Program-made: the position numbers and the translations under genes
Part shown: positions 12,209 to 25,700 of the stretch, piece by piece
Layout: every line of letters begins with the position of its first letter
Position numbering within the stretch: the stretch's first letter is position 1
The notes under the pieces: model-generated
Databases searched by the model: none
Seen by the model: only the letters and a program-made list of their open reading frames with translations
What the model was told of the DNA's origin: nothing
NCBI GenBank assembly: GCA_000708835.1
Contig: DF237001.1
Span: 124,001-188,000 of the forward strand
Direction: 5' to 3'
Length of the DNA stretch: 64,000 nucleotides
DNA from: Klebsormidium nitens
Lineage: Eukaryota; Plantae; Klebsormidiophyceae

Positions 12209-13052
12209 CGGTTGGAGGGGCAAGTTTGCGCATGTTGGCCGTCAAATCGGCGCTGCCCGGTGCTTTGCTCTTCTTCCGCTTTTCCTTGCCGGAGACGGGG
12301 CCTCCCGTCGGCACGGGTTCGACGTAACCCGCTTCGATCAACTCGTCGCGAACCTGCGGGGAACCTGCCACAAGCAAGGGTTACGCACCAGTTAGCGACA
12401 GAACGGCGTCCACAGCTGATGACAAACCACAGTATTGGCTCTTTTCGGAGTCAGGAAAGTGCAATTACCAGAACTACGCACTGGCTTAACGAACCACCAT
12501 TTGTGAGAGGGAGTCAGAAGGGAACCCGTTTCGGTCAATGCAGAATTACCTGCAAGACCTAGACCGGAGGGAAAGGTACTGCGGATCGAAGGAACGCTCA
12601 CTTTGCGCCGGACTTCCGAGCGCAGGGCAGCTTGGGCGAGCCGCGTGTAATCAAGTAGCAGCCACAACGCCTGGCTTAAACGCACTTTCTTGAACGCAAA
12701 TTCTTTCTTTATTTCCCATCTCCAACGGATGCTTTGAACAGCTTATTGACCCCCAGACAACCCATGCTAGGGCCTTAGGGATTCACCCAATTTTGAGTTG
12801 AATCGATCAGCAGAGGATCAGCAGCTTTACCCCACCTCCATTTATACATCTTCTGCGCAACGGCTGGCGCCGGGTTTGCCCGGGTCAAGCGCGATAACGA
12901 CCGGACCACTGATTCCCTTGTTTCAAAGTCGTTGAGAGTCACTTCCGAAGCGCGTGGCGGGCACTCGTGCAGTGCAGATACGCCATAAGCAGGTCCGCAT
13001 TTCGTACCACGTCAGCAGCCCCGTCAGCAGCGGCTAATTCTTGTTCCTGGTA
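12209..13052 (-). pseudogene. Degraded inverted partial duplicate of the NFACT/RqcH gene (copies of exons 8 and 10; exon 9 absent)
   Basis: 12353-12209 encodes [48 protein letters not shown], matching RqcH exon 10 (26755-26899) with the same 145-nt length and splice sites. 13052-12836 matches exon 8 (about 25240-25442) but has indels, including a TGCAC duplication. Confidence 0.85.
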
Positions 13053-13856
13053 AAACTCATGCAAGTTTTGAGCCAACTTTTCAAGAAGCTCATACGTAGA
13101 TATGGCCGGAACCCGATGGATTGGGCTCGCGCGACCAGCTAATATAGGTACCTCAGGCGTGCAGCTGTACTAGCTGCATTCGGCGCTTGTGCATGGACAC
13201 CGAGGGTAATCTTATCTTTCGGAATGAGGAAGATCAGCAAAGATTGCAATGTGCGACGGTTACATGCATATCCATGCATATAAGCACGCTTTGATTCCAA
13301 ATTTAGATGGTGCATGTGATTGTATACGTGACGATTCACGAAGTGTTGACAACTGGGCGCCACGGTAGGACTACGCTGTGCGCCACTGAGTCCAAGAGAG
13401 GCCGGCCCGCCGTAAGATTCCGCGTGAGCTTTAGTCTTCAAGCACGTGCATGTGACGGTACGTATAATACAACACGACCGTCGATGATAGTCACTGTCGA
13501 TCATTGTCCAATTACAACCGCACTGACTATGCCGCTGCCATCCAGTACACGTGTATTTAAGGAATCACATGACCAGGCATGGATTCTTTGGCCCCTTGCA
13601 TTTGCAAGCGCGACGAAGTGGTCATAGATACAACTTGCCCAAACTGGCCCGACTGAAGCATTGATCGAATCAATGAGAGTCGTGTTATGACCTGTGACGT
13701 GCGCTGTTTGCTCATCCTGTGGCATCCATAATGTGTTGTGTCGTCGAAGTTTTCCGCATACGGCCACAAATTCGTACTAAGTTGAATACAATAACGAAGG
13801 GACATATATCATTTACCAAACCAAGTGACATCTCTTGTCGCAGTATCTTAGACTCC

Positions 13857-16800
13857 TTATTGCGACAAAGACTTCATGAACCTGGAAAACGAATTGATTA
13901 CGCCTGCCGCTTTGTCGACGGTTGTGGGCTCTTCTCTCCCGCTATCTCTAGCTGACTCGCCCATGGCCAGTCGCTGCATACCAGCTCATTCGGTCAGCTT
14001 TGTGGTAAGTATGAACCACCTACCTTGGCTGGACTGTTTGAGAAAGCAAGCAGATTTTCAAAACGTACGAATGCACGAGTCGCTCACCCATCACCGATAA
14101 GGCAGCTTTTCGCAGAAAGTGTGAAAGCGCCGCCCCACCGCAAGTTACACTCGCTAGCTTGAAGGACCAAAGGTTTATGGACTCGCACGAAAACCATCGG
14201 CATATTTTTGCCGGTTTCCGGCTGACTCGCGCCGGAGAAATAAAGCAAGAAAAGGCGCAGTATGCGCTTTGTCACGGCGACCATGTAGGCTAGGGTCATA
14301 AACGAAGGGTCGCCCTCGGAAAGCTGACAAACATGCGAGCGCTTACCTCGATCTGATCAGGCCCCGGCCGCTCATCCGACACCCCCGCCAGGTTGTACCG
14401 CCCCGGGAGCTTCGAATCCGCGAAGAAAACTTTCCAAGGGCTGTGGGTCAGAACAAACTCAGGTGGTCAATGCAAATATTCGAGTAGATGAAAATGGTTG
14501 AACTTACAACTGGTTGCCTGTCCAATCACGAGGTCAACTGGTAGATTCCGGCTGTCAGAATGGAAGTAGGGAGAACATGGACTCCTGAGCCAATTTGGAG
14601 ACCCCTCCTTCTTATTACCCCCTAGGATCGACGGTCTGTCTTGATTGATTCCACTAAATTTAACCGTCAATCAAATGGGTTATAGTGAAAGGGGGTCCCG
14701 ACGGGAGTCCCTGTTCTCCGCCCATCCGTTCCGTCAGCATCATCAAAGGTTCACTTCTACACACTGCGATGCTTGATTGATTGGCGAGAGACGCGCTGGT
14801 CTGAGGAACTGGTAGGGCAATAAGTGAGTGCAATCCTTAGGCGGATTTGTGGGCACCCTTTCTTTGAACAGAAACTCGAATGAATACACGTTGCAGGTCG
14901 ATGGCTCTCTACGGCAGATTTCGCGATTGTGGATCGAGTGCGCCACCTAAAAGTTGACTTCAGTGCCCTCATGGTCCAAAAGACTTTCCCGTCTCTTCAA
15001 ACTCCCAAGGTGAACATCCTTGCGAAGACCCTAACGGCCTCCCCACAGACGTTTTAATTCAATGCTCTTCTTGCCGTCCAAGGAAGAAGCCAGATCACCA
15101 GACTGCTTTCTACTAACTTGGACCAGGATCGAGCGAGAGGAACAAAGGACGGCTCACTCTGGGTAGCTTCTATAGACGCTGCCGTTGGGAAGCGATTTCA
15201 GAGAGTATGCAACGGTGAAGGTCCTGCAAACGCGAAACGATTCCGCCGTCAATTGCCATGAGAGCTTCATCATCTAGACCAATCCCGAACAAACGATATT
15301 GCTTTGCACAGGCAGAAAGGCCATTGATACAAAATTGCACATACACCAGGTGTCTGGACAAAATCCGACGCGCCGGTAGGCGACGGCAACAATCGAGATT
15401 TTGAATCTTGCTCAGCATTATGCTGTGGCTCTAAGGCATGCCCGCGGGCCTGGCCACCAAAGATCGGAATCGTCAATTGATGGGGACAGCCCCCAGTATC
15501 AGCCCTCCACATCGTACGGTGGGATTCGCATTAAATGCTTTCTGACAAACGCCCATGCGGACCCTAGATTCGGCGACGACCTCTCCCGATACTTAAGAGT
15601 AAAGGTGTCGCCAATCTTCTAAACAGTTTCTTGACACAAATCCTCCCAGTTGGTAGACGAAAAGATGGATGTGTCAAATCGCCAGAAAGTGTGTATTCAA
15701 TAAAGGGGCTCAAGACTCACCCTAGCATCCCTTGCCGCAAGTTTCGGACGTTGAGACCCACGCCGACATCCCCACTGATCAGTCGAGGGTTCCAGAGTAC
15801 AAGCGGGCGGACCTAAAGACAGGCGAATGCAGCAATTAGTTGCAATTACTTGCAGCAGCAATCTGAAAACATTGCAGAGGTAGATCCTGACCATGAAGAA
15901 AGCAATGCACGACCGGACTGCATACCCACGTAACCGATGAAGAATCAACCGAGACAGACTGGAGCAGTTTGTAAAGTCTATGAAAAGTCTTGGATCTTGC
16001 TTTCGCTTTTAACACCCAGATGCAGGAGATAGTTAGGAGACAGTTAAGCGGCTTCAACACGTGCTGAGCGCCGTTAGGCATTTTAGTAGGATTGTAACCG
16101 AGCATTGAGGCAGAGTTCTCAATGTGAAGAGCACCTAGCGGAACTTCGCCGAGAAACAATACAACCTCAGCCGTCATCTGTCAACGCAAAGAATTTCGGT
16201 GCTTACAAGCGCGTTCAAAGAGATCAACTTCAGCCACCTTGTGAATAAGTTGCAGCGGAAAGCCATGACCGGCAAGTGCTTTCAATACCGTTTGCATCCA
16301 TGTGAAGCTTTGCACTGGTCCAAGACACCATTGGAAACATCGAACCGATGCGACCTTAGGCGCTGACACTCACAAACTCGTGCTCGTCAAATGCTTTGAC
16401 AACTTTCTCGACCGCGCGCAGGGCCGTGTGGTCGGGTGACACCAGAATAGCCGCCTCGTCGTCGTCTTGTACCGGTTTCCGGTCGTTCAAACTGCACGCA
16501 CGCGAGCATGACGTCAACGTGCCAGGATCGAAATACCACCGACCATCAACAAGAATTTCGCGTCTTCCAACCAATGGGAGTACCGTCGCTTGTTCGTCAA
16601 CCTGCTGTAGACGCACTGACAGAGCACGACACATATGTATGCAGCTCTTTCCGGCTTCAGTATGCTCGTGAGTGACCAATCGGCACGATGTCAATCAGGG
16701 AGTTCCCCTGTTATCAAAGCAGCTTCACTTAGCCTTGCCTTTTGCAGGCACTCTGCGAATTTTTCAAGGCAGTAGGTTGAGAGGCCGCATTCATCTCAGA

Positions 16801-19158
16801 AGCCTTTTGTTCTTGCAGAAAGGGTGAGACGTACTGGAAGCGATCTGCAGTCAAAAGTGTACCTTGAAATCGTGAACGGCGCATCAGCCCACTTGTGTGC
16901 CAGCATGGCCGCAGCCCCCATGTCCGCAAAAACCACCCGCAGTTTCTGCACAGAGACAGGACACAACGAACTAGTCTATTTTCAGCAGTGGACGGAGAGA
17001 CCGTGGAAAACGCAAGCGAGAGCCTTCCGGGACTTATCGCAGAAATGCTCGCTTCTTTCTAACCTTCCTGATCCTGATTCTTGCAAGCCGGACTTATCAA
17101 GAGCACTGCCTGACGCACTGCCTGAGCTTCCTACAGAAACAATCATGAAGGAGAAAGTCGCGGGCCAGAAAGCCGCCTTCGAAAATTGCCGGCAGAACTG
17201 AAGAATGTGGTTGGTCGGGTGACAAAACATTTGATCCCCATCAGTCTCAGAAAGATCGGGGCTGACATGTCATTTCACACATTGATACATATTCGGGATG
17301 ACCAGCTGTCGTGACTTCCCTGAAGAACATAAGCTCAGAAAGAGTCAACCGCAAGACAGAGCGCTCGCCGCACCTCAATCCCCGATTTCTCCTGGAACGC
17401 CAGCACGAACTCTTTGCAGAGGTCCCACAGCCGCTGCTGGTCGCCTTCGTTGGCCATGCTCTCGAGCTCAGGGAAAAGCAACTCCACCTGCAGAAAGTTG
17501 GGTTACCGGGGTCTTAACAACATTTTGCAACGGGTGCTTAAGGTTCTTGTTGGGGTTTCGTTTCTGATGTTGTTGAGGCTGGTGAAGCTGTTTCAAAAAC
17601 AGGCCGCTGATAAGGGACTGACGCTTTAACATACATATCTGTTCACCAATCCTTCAAGTAAACTTGCTACAATCCACAGGCGTTGGCCTTACAATACCTC
17701 TCCTCATTGCTAGTACGAGCGCTCTGACCCGAAATATTGCACAATTTCTTGCAGCCCCTCACTTCGTTTGTTACTGCTGACTAGATTGAAATTGGTAAGG
17801 CAGCCAGGCTAAGAAAGATGTTGGGGCCATTCTACCCCTGCCATCAAGACTAGGACGGCCGGGGGCTGGTTTTAAAGCCCCTGCTGATCTGCGTGGCAGT
17901 TCCCCTTGTTGCCTGCCAGGGCTTAAGGCAGGCTACTCGGCCAGGGACCACGCGCGGTGGAAAAACTGCATACCTGGTAACAAGTTTGGGCTTCAAGAAT
18001 CTACACCAGGAGATTTTTTAACAGACAACTTCCCTGGTGGTTTAGGTTGCTGTGTAAGTGATTGACGTTGTTGATCGACCCTGGCAAAGAGACCATCATG
18101 ATGTAAGGGGTTGTGCAGATCCAAACGAAACTTCGTAACAACCCCAGCAAAAATAGAGTAAGCAATAGGAAGCACGACGACGACCTTGATTGATCTTGGA
18201 CGACGTTTCTCCTTTCCTAAACTTACTTCAGGAAAGCTTGTCTGCAAAACTAGTAAATCTTTAGGGCCTTTGCCAACTTACCAAAGCCCGATCCCCACCA
18301 CTGTCAAACAAGCGAGCGGCCGCTTCTGCAGACTGATACACAGCGCCATGGAGACTGTCTGGGAGGACACTGCACATAATGAAAAACGTGGTGAGAAGGG
18401 AAACTGGCATATGTTCCAAAGAATAAATCGGATTCAGAAGTTGATGGGGCTGTAGATCAGGTGGTTGCTCTAGAGATGAGGAATGGGGAACAGTGCACGA
18501 ATTGTCCGACATGGCAATTCTGGTTGCCCTCGGGAGGTGTATGTGCAAGAGATGTCCTTGTCACTTCCCATTTTGCCAACAACGTATGTAAAAAAGTATC
18601 CTCAGTGCTACAGAACATGCACCACTCAACAGCAATCTTCAAAATGGAGTCCACTCCCTGCTTGTCATTCAGTTGCTCTCCACAATTAGCAAACATACAG
18701 CTGTTGAAAGGGTGGGAAGTCTTTCCGAAAGAAACCCAAGCCATAGCAAAGAGAGCTGAAAAGAATATAATAGGATTGCCTGAAGTTGCTACGGAACGGT
18801 GGTGTTGCACATCAGTGACAGTTTGGCGCCACCCACATGCATTCAGGGTAGCAGACACTTACTCATCTTCCCGCACGTCCTCAGCAACACCACTGCTGGG
18901 GGCTGCTTGCGCTCTTACGCCGCACCTGTGACTCTGCGCAGCCTCCCTGAACATTCTTTGCAGTGGCCGAATTTGACACAACCGCTTGCTTCCAAGAGTG
19001 GCACGGACATTATTCGACCCAGGCAGTGTCAAAGCCGCCTTGCAGAAGGAGGGAGCCACAATCTGTGTGCTCGATTCAGCATTGCTGGAATTCAAAAGGC
19101 TTTTGGAGCTCAGTCTGCAGGCGCCACATTTTGGTGCCAACAACGCAGTTGACGCCAT
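13857..19158 (-). CDS. Plastid-targeted DUF1995 family protein (LPA3-related family; from memory closest to Arabidopsis At5g27560 type)
   Basis: 9 phase-consistent exons: 19158-18863 (transit-peptide-like), 18369-18282 (LPDSLHGAVYQSAEAA), 17487-17374 (VELLFPELE), 16945-16863 (VVFADMGAAAML), 16491-16374 (LNDRKPV), 15812-15721 (RPLVLWNPRLISGDVGVGLNVRNLR), 15223-15158, 14440-14347 (PWKVFF), 13973-13857 (FSRFMKSLSQ*). Confidence 0.88.
14598..14737. mobile_element. Quasi-palindromic MITE-like element, family A (partial copy in a DUF1995 intron)
   Basis: Shares gagacccctcc...ctaggatcga.ggtc and aaagggggtcc...gggagtccctgt with 21543-21726; internal words such as ttattaccccct and gggttata are in reverse orientation relative to that copy. 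Confidence 0.65.
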
Positions 19159-19774
19159 TGTTTTAGACTACGTCCCCCAGATGTGACAAGTTGAACTGCA
19201 CGCTCTTGATAAGTTCGTTAAAGCGAGTAGACTTTTATGGTCAAGGAGCTAAGCTTAGCCGAGCCCGAAGATAGAAGACATTTGTGTTGCTTTGCTCCTT
19301 GACAGTGGGCCTCAGAACTTAGAACTGGGAGAACAAGCGCCTTCCTTCCTAGACTTCAGCCTCAGGCAAAGTTGGAATATGGTACACAGCTCACAATAAG
19401 ATGACTACGTAGTTCTGACGTTACGACGAAACCTTTGGTTAGCAGCTGAGCGTTGGTTCCTAACCGGGAGTTCTCCATGGGCAGCAGATGACGAGAGACA
19501 TGCAGTTAGGTTACTTATGTATGCATGTAACGCTGCGGCAGGTTTACATATTTAGAATCAAGGTTAAACTTGCATCAAGAATCAAGATCCTTCATGCTCG
19601 ATCAGACTATCCTTCAAGTTCCACGTTTGATTTAGGTGTACCACTTTCTTGTTGATGGTGGCAGGCCCTCAAATTTTGGTACTCTGCTGACTTCCCTACC
19701 TAGCAGCTTTGGGATTACTACTACCAGCATTCGTGGATTGGTGGTGTTTTTAGCGAGCACGCCCCAAGGATTCC

Positions 19775-22700
19775 ATGATGCGCATCGTCAAGAGGATGCA
19801 GGTGCAGAGAGCACACCACCTTGTCAGCAAACACGTTTTAGCTTCAGAATCCTTGCCGGCAGCCAAGCGCTTCTATCAGCAATGGTTCATTCGGACCCGC
19901 AGTCAATCAACTCTCCAAGGCAGTGCACATCTGACCAATGCGTGTCGGCAAGCGCACTCATCAGCAAGTCTGAGAAGTGAGCGGTGTATGAAACATGGGT
20001 TGAAGCATCTACGCTCAGTATCATCCATCTGCAATGGACTCCAGCCCTTGCGAGCAACAGGTCACCAGCATTTTCAAAGGGACTTGCACTCCAGCACTTT
20101 ACGAAACGGGGGAGATGACGGATCTCACAAGGGGGTTATCCGAGGCAGTTCATTGCAGCCGGTTGACTATACGACGCTAGCGGCATCGTGTTTTGAGCTG
20201 GAGACGGAGTGGCTGCCATCGAAAGTGGAGCGAATCACGCAGACGGACAAGCACACGGTGGCGATTGGGCTGAGGACTCTGGAGCAGAACGGTGAGGAGT
20301 TTTGAAGTTGAGGGGGAAGTGCTATGTTGCGTTGGGAGAAGGGCGCCAGGGGCAGAGAAAGTGATGGGAACTGGAGCATTGAATGAGCTCAGAATGGTGG
20401 CGCTAAGTAGGAGTGCCACTTTATGTTGAGTGAAGGGTGCCAGGGGCAGAAAGTACGGGGAGCTGGACTGTTGGACGAGTCAGAGTCTTCACATTCAGGG
20501 GACTTCAGGGAAATCTGTTGTGTGTGTTGGTACACGACTGGCATAGGTTCGTGTAAATTTTTTGAGTTGGCCTGTGAAAATGGCAGGGAAGTGGTTTTGA
20601 AAGGGGCAGAAGAAACTAACCTGGACACAGCAAAGAGACTTGCAAGTGTTTTGGGAGTTGCAATCTTGTACACCACCCCTGCATCGCATGGTTCTCAACC
20701 TGGACTGCAACCGGCTTTTGGTGCCCTTACTGCTCCATCTGCGACTTGCGCATCAGTGCATGGATTAAACTCTTATTCTCTGCTGTCTTAGGTCAGGCAA
20801 TTCATTGCACCAAGGAGTGTATATTCCTCGTCCTTGATCGAAAACGAGTTGCGGTGTCAATCGCCTCTAGCAAGCTCGCACATAGGTCGCAAAGGTGATT
20901 GACTGGCCCCAAGCTTCGAAATCACAATTGCTAATCACCATCCTTCATCCGTTTTTGAGGAACAGATATCATCATCTCAACCGAAATCATGTCTGACCCA
21001 GGGTGGCTCTACCTGTGCTGGCACCCCGTGGCCGCTCGCCTTTGCACTGGCGGCGCGCCACCTGTTTCTCCATCAGCAGACGGCTTTTCCTTCGGGGAGC
21101 AGTTAAGACAAACCCTGCGGGGGTTAGCGCTCCTGGAAGTGGGTTTGCCTGAGAAATGGGAGCGGGTGGCACGCCTCAGGTTTGGGGTGCGTCCGGGGGA
21201 TCCCCCTGTGAAGGACCTGTATGTGGAGGTTATGGGGCGATGTAAGTAGTCTCTCGTTGGTATTTTCTCGAATCAAGATCCGTCGCGTTGAGTTGGAGGA
21301 GTTATGTCAGGGTGAAGGACCTTTATGTAGGTCATGCAGGAGAAGTCAATGGTCTCTCCTTGATTAGGGGGTTCAAAGATGGGTTTAGGGGCCGGTTGAG
21401 GACCTGTGTGCGGAGTCCTGAACTGACGCAAGGAGTCTCACTGTGAGGGTCTGTCCTTAATTCATCGTGTGGTTAGACCAGAACCAAGGACCCTCACGCA
21501 AAGTAGAAGGCTTCATTTCATGCAAGGAGTCAGGCTGACTATACGGAAGGGCGGAGAACGTGGACATCCGACTTTACATAAGAGACCCCTCCTAGGTATA
21601 ACCCACTAGGATCGATGGTCTGGGTTGACCGGAAGCACTGCTTCTGACCGTCGATTGGAGGGGGTAATAAGGGAAAGGGGGTCCCTACGGAGTCCGCCGG
21701 GAGTCCCTGTCTGCCCTTTTTCCGTCTTGACAGAACCCGTGGAAGGAGAACGTGGACTACAGTTTCCATTTTGGACCCCCACACCGCTGAGTACTCTGTG
21801 CGCGCGCAACTCTGAGGATTAGTTACATTCTCTGTTACCGGTCGAATCTGTCGGCTACCGGCGACACGGTAGTACGCATGCTGACTACGCGACCCCTTGG
21901 TGTACATTTGACTGGCCGGTCGACCCACATCAGGTGTACAAGGTTACGTTAATCGGTACGGTTACGCTTGAATCTACACGACCTGAGGCTGCTCGCGCGC
22001 AGGGTACCAAGCGGTATGGGGGTCTAAAATGGAAACTGCAGTCCACGTTCTCCTTCCACGGGTTCTGACAGCTCATCTCAATATGGTTCCGGCAGTCAAA
22101 CTAGGTTCATTCCAGAAGAGGAGACCAGCGGTTGTCCCAAACATATGGAATGCTGCATGTATCAATCGTGAAAGTGCGGGGAAAACTCGAGAGGGCTTTT
22201 TTGAATACTGGAACCAAAGTGCGAAACCCCTTTTGCAGACAGTAACGTCGTGCTCACATCCCCCCAGGGAGAGGTCATTGCCTGCGCTTATCAGGTATGC
22301 TTCGTCGCCCCACTTAGCATGTTTTCTTGACGTCTTCGTGTCATCTCACCTTGTGGCGCAAACTTGAGTCGCTCATCACCCATATGCAACGCAAATCTGC
22401 TTAGCCGGCGATCTGGTGCCGCTGTGGTTTTCCTCGGGGCCCGTTGCAGAGCATAACAAGCTTTTCTTCAATCCGAGAAAGTCGGCTTCGATAATCGATC
22501 ATTTGCTTGTAGACATGCAACCAAAGTGAGCATTACATTGACAGTCACACGTCCGCACCAGAGTCGTGAGGGACACAGTTCCCCGCATGACCCTCTCCCA
22601 ATTTGAACCATCTCAAGCGACCAACTCAACCTTGTCGGAACTCTCCCGTGTTTCTACGAGTAACCCCTCGACGCCCCTCGTTAACCTGCCTCAAACCAAC

Positions 22701-25700
22701 CACCAACCAGCGTCGTTTCCCCACAGGTTGGTTCCAAGATGTCCAGTCTTCGCACCCTCCAGACTGGCAGCCAGTACGTGCTCCCACCCCCAGCGTCAGG
22801 GTTAAGTCCAACCGACGTCCAAACCCTGGACGATTGGGCGGACGTTCTGGTTCGCGTGGACCAACCAACCGCCAGTAAAAGCCTCGTGAGCTTTCAGATG
22901 GTCTCCGATTTCATTTGTGGACTAGGGCTCTTTGGTAAAAAGGCTGCTCTCAACTAAGTGCATATCGAGTGTCGACTTCTTAGATCCTGATCAAGGTTTG
23001 GCCCTACCTAAGGACCAGCACGTTTTGCGATGGCGGAGTCTGACACCTGGGTCGAAAGCTCTGAGTTAACGCGGGATCATGCGTGTCAGGGAAACAATGC
23101 TTTTTGTTGGTGATTACTTGGATCAGTGGGAGGAAAACCTAGCTTCGTCAGCAACTCGACTCCTTCCAGGAAAGCCAGCGGCATGTCCAAGTTCAATGTT
23201 AAACGCAACAGGGCCATGTTTCTTACTCCGTTTTGTGTCGCTGACACGAGACAGGGGGATCGCACCAGGAAAGGTCGGTTCTTTCAACCCCGGTTTTACA
23301 CGAGTCGCGCACATGCGGTGGAAATAGGCGCCGAGAACGAAACGCTTCCGTTAATCCGCAGGTGCGCGCTTTTCGAGGCGTGAGTCCTACGCTGGCCGCG
23401 GAGCTTGTGAGCAAAGCCGGCGTCGATCCAAATAAGGTGGGCACCGGATTCCGGGCGCATCGATTCCTCTTTTCCCTGAATTTCGACGCGCCGCTCTAAC
23501 TTCAATCCCAAGTTTTGGACGACTCTTTTTAACTTATCGAGCATAAGACACGTGTCTTGTTGCCTCGCATTTGTCTAGCACAGCGTTTCTGCCATCTCGG
23601 GACAAAAAGGGCACTCCGACGAGCCCGCCGGCGCCTCATATTCTGACGACGTGTGTGAAGCAACCATCCGAATGAGAGCTCTTGACTCAGAGTTTCTGCG
23701 CACGTCCATTGGCTGTTGCTTCGGCTCTTAGTTCTACTGAGTCCCAGAGCTCAGGCGCTCGATTCTCACAAGGAGGACATTATTGTGCAAATCTGCTCTG
23801 CTACGCTCAGGTTAATCCCGGTCCACAGCCTTGGTACAAACGCTGGTCATCTCCTTATGCTGCAGCCTTTCTGTGACCTGACCTCGGAAGATCGGTCGCG
23901 CTTTTTCGACGCGTGGAAGGATTGGTTGGAGCGACTCGAGGGCCGGCGGTTTCGGCCTGGCATCGACAGGTAAGCGTCCGACAAAGCACCGGAAGGAAGT
24001 TTTCGCCAGTGAGCGAGAGCTTTGTCACAGAAACAAGTGTGGTATAGCTCCGTCCTCTTATAGATGCTCCTCTAGCATCGGTCCATTGAAGAGATTCCTC
24101 CCGTCGTTACGGTTCCGGCTGCGGTCTACTTTACGGGAACAGCATCGCGGTGAAGAACTTGTGTGTCTTTCTTGGTTTTTAAGTTCTCTGTCACCTGCTT
24201 AGAGATTTGGACTTGCAATCCATTGTCTACAACTGCGCAAGGGAGTTTTTTGTCATGTCTCACATTCCGGTCCTGCTTGACTCTCTTTCAATCCAAATTT
24301 GTTCATCTACTTTGTGCGGCTTGAGATCTTGTTTCCAGGTCTACCCATCCAAGATCAACCCAAGTCCCATTTCCAGATGTTATTATCGAGGCCCGTTGTC
24401 CTGGCTCCCGACCATAAAATCATCAAGATCTTGAACGTCACGGTTCGTCTCTGTTTTTGCAGTGCCACCGGAAAGTACACGGTTCTAGCAGACGACCCCG
24501 CTCCAGAGCCGGTGCAGAACGGCACTCACCACGGTCAGGCTGTGAATGCGCCCTCGGGGGAAGGTATTCACACCATGCTGGACGAATACTACAGCACTCT
24601 GTACAGCGGAGACGCATTCGGGGCGCTCAAGCAGCAGCTGACGTCAAAGGTTGGGCAAGCGCAGGTCGTCGAGAGTTGTATGTCCATAAAATCTCGGGAC
24701 TTCAATTTTGAAGGGTATTTTGGAGTACCGTATTAAACGAACGCTTTGGGAACATCTGAACACAGGAGTATGGGTCTGACGCGAGGCGATACAGGGGTCG
24801 GAAGAGCAACCTTTTACGATTCAGGAACTTTGGGACGTCGGATTTCGGGGCCTTCTTAAGTACTTTACAAGGGACGCTCAACCGGCAGACGTCGACGGCG
24901 AGGGTTGAGGTGTCCCGGAGCAATATGCCCACCGCAATCAGGCTCGCCTTGTCGCAATCTAGCTGCGCATCATTCTGGAGTCTACGCGGACGGTTTAAGA
25001 TCTTTGGAATTCGCAAACTGGACGACATCGGAATGCTTGTGCATCTCAAATACTCAATGATTCTTCGCGCAGTCATGCAGACTCGATGATTATGTGATGC
25101 TTGCTCAGCGCCTTCGAAACCCGGCTTTAGTCTAGGACGTCATCTCACCACTTTTTCGTGCCGCCAGGATCCTCTCCGTGACGTCAGCACTCTCCCGCAG
25201 GTTCGCGCGGCGCTGAAGCGCCTGCAAGGCAAAGCGAAGGTGTACCAGGACCAACTAGCCTCTGCTGACGGGGCTGCTGACGTGGTCCGAAAAGCGGATC
25301 TGCTTATGGCGTATCTGCACGAGTGCCCGCCGCGCGCGTCGGAAGTGACACTGAACGACTTCGAAACAGGGGAACCGGTGGTTATCGCGCTTGACCCGGA
25401 CAAACCGGCGTTGGCCGTGGCGCAGAAGATGTATAAACGGAGGTGGGTTGGATCCGCTAATCGTCCTGATCGAAAAACTCCTCGTTAGCAGCAGCACGTA
25501 CAATAGGAGCGAGCAGTCATGGTTGTCCTTCCTTTGAAGTGTCCGTCTTTCTTCCGAGGATTGCGGCTAGCGAAAACCGTACGACAGTAATGTGTCGCTC
25601 GTAAAATGCACTTGTCGAGGTTGCTTCTGCGATCCTTTGAGCTTCCCAGATTGAATAGAGATCCTTTAAGAGACGGGAGATTTTGTTTTGCGGAGGTTTC

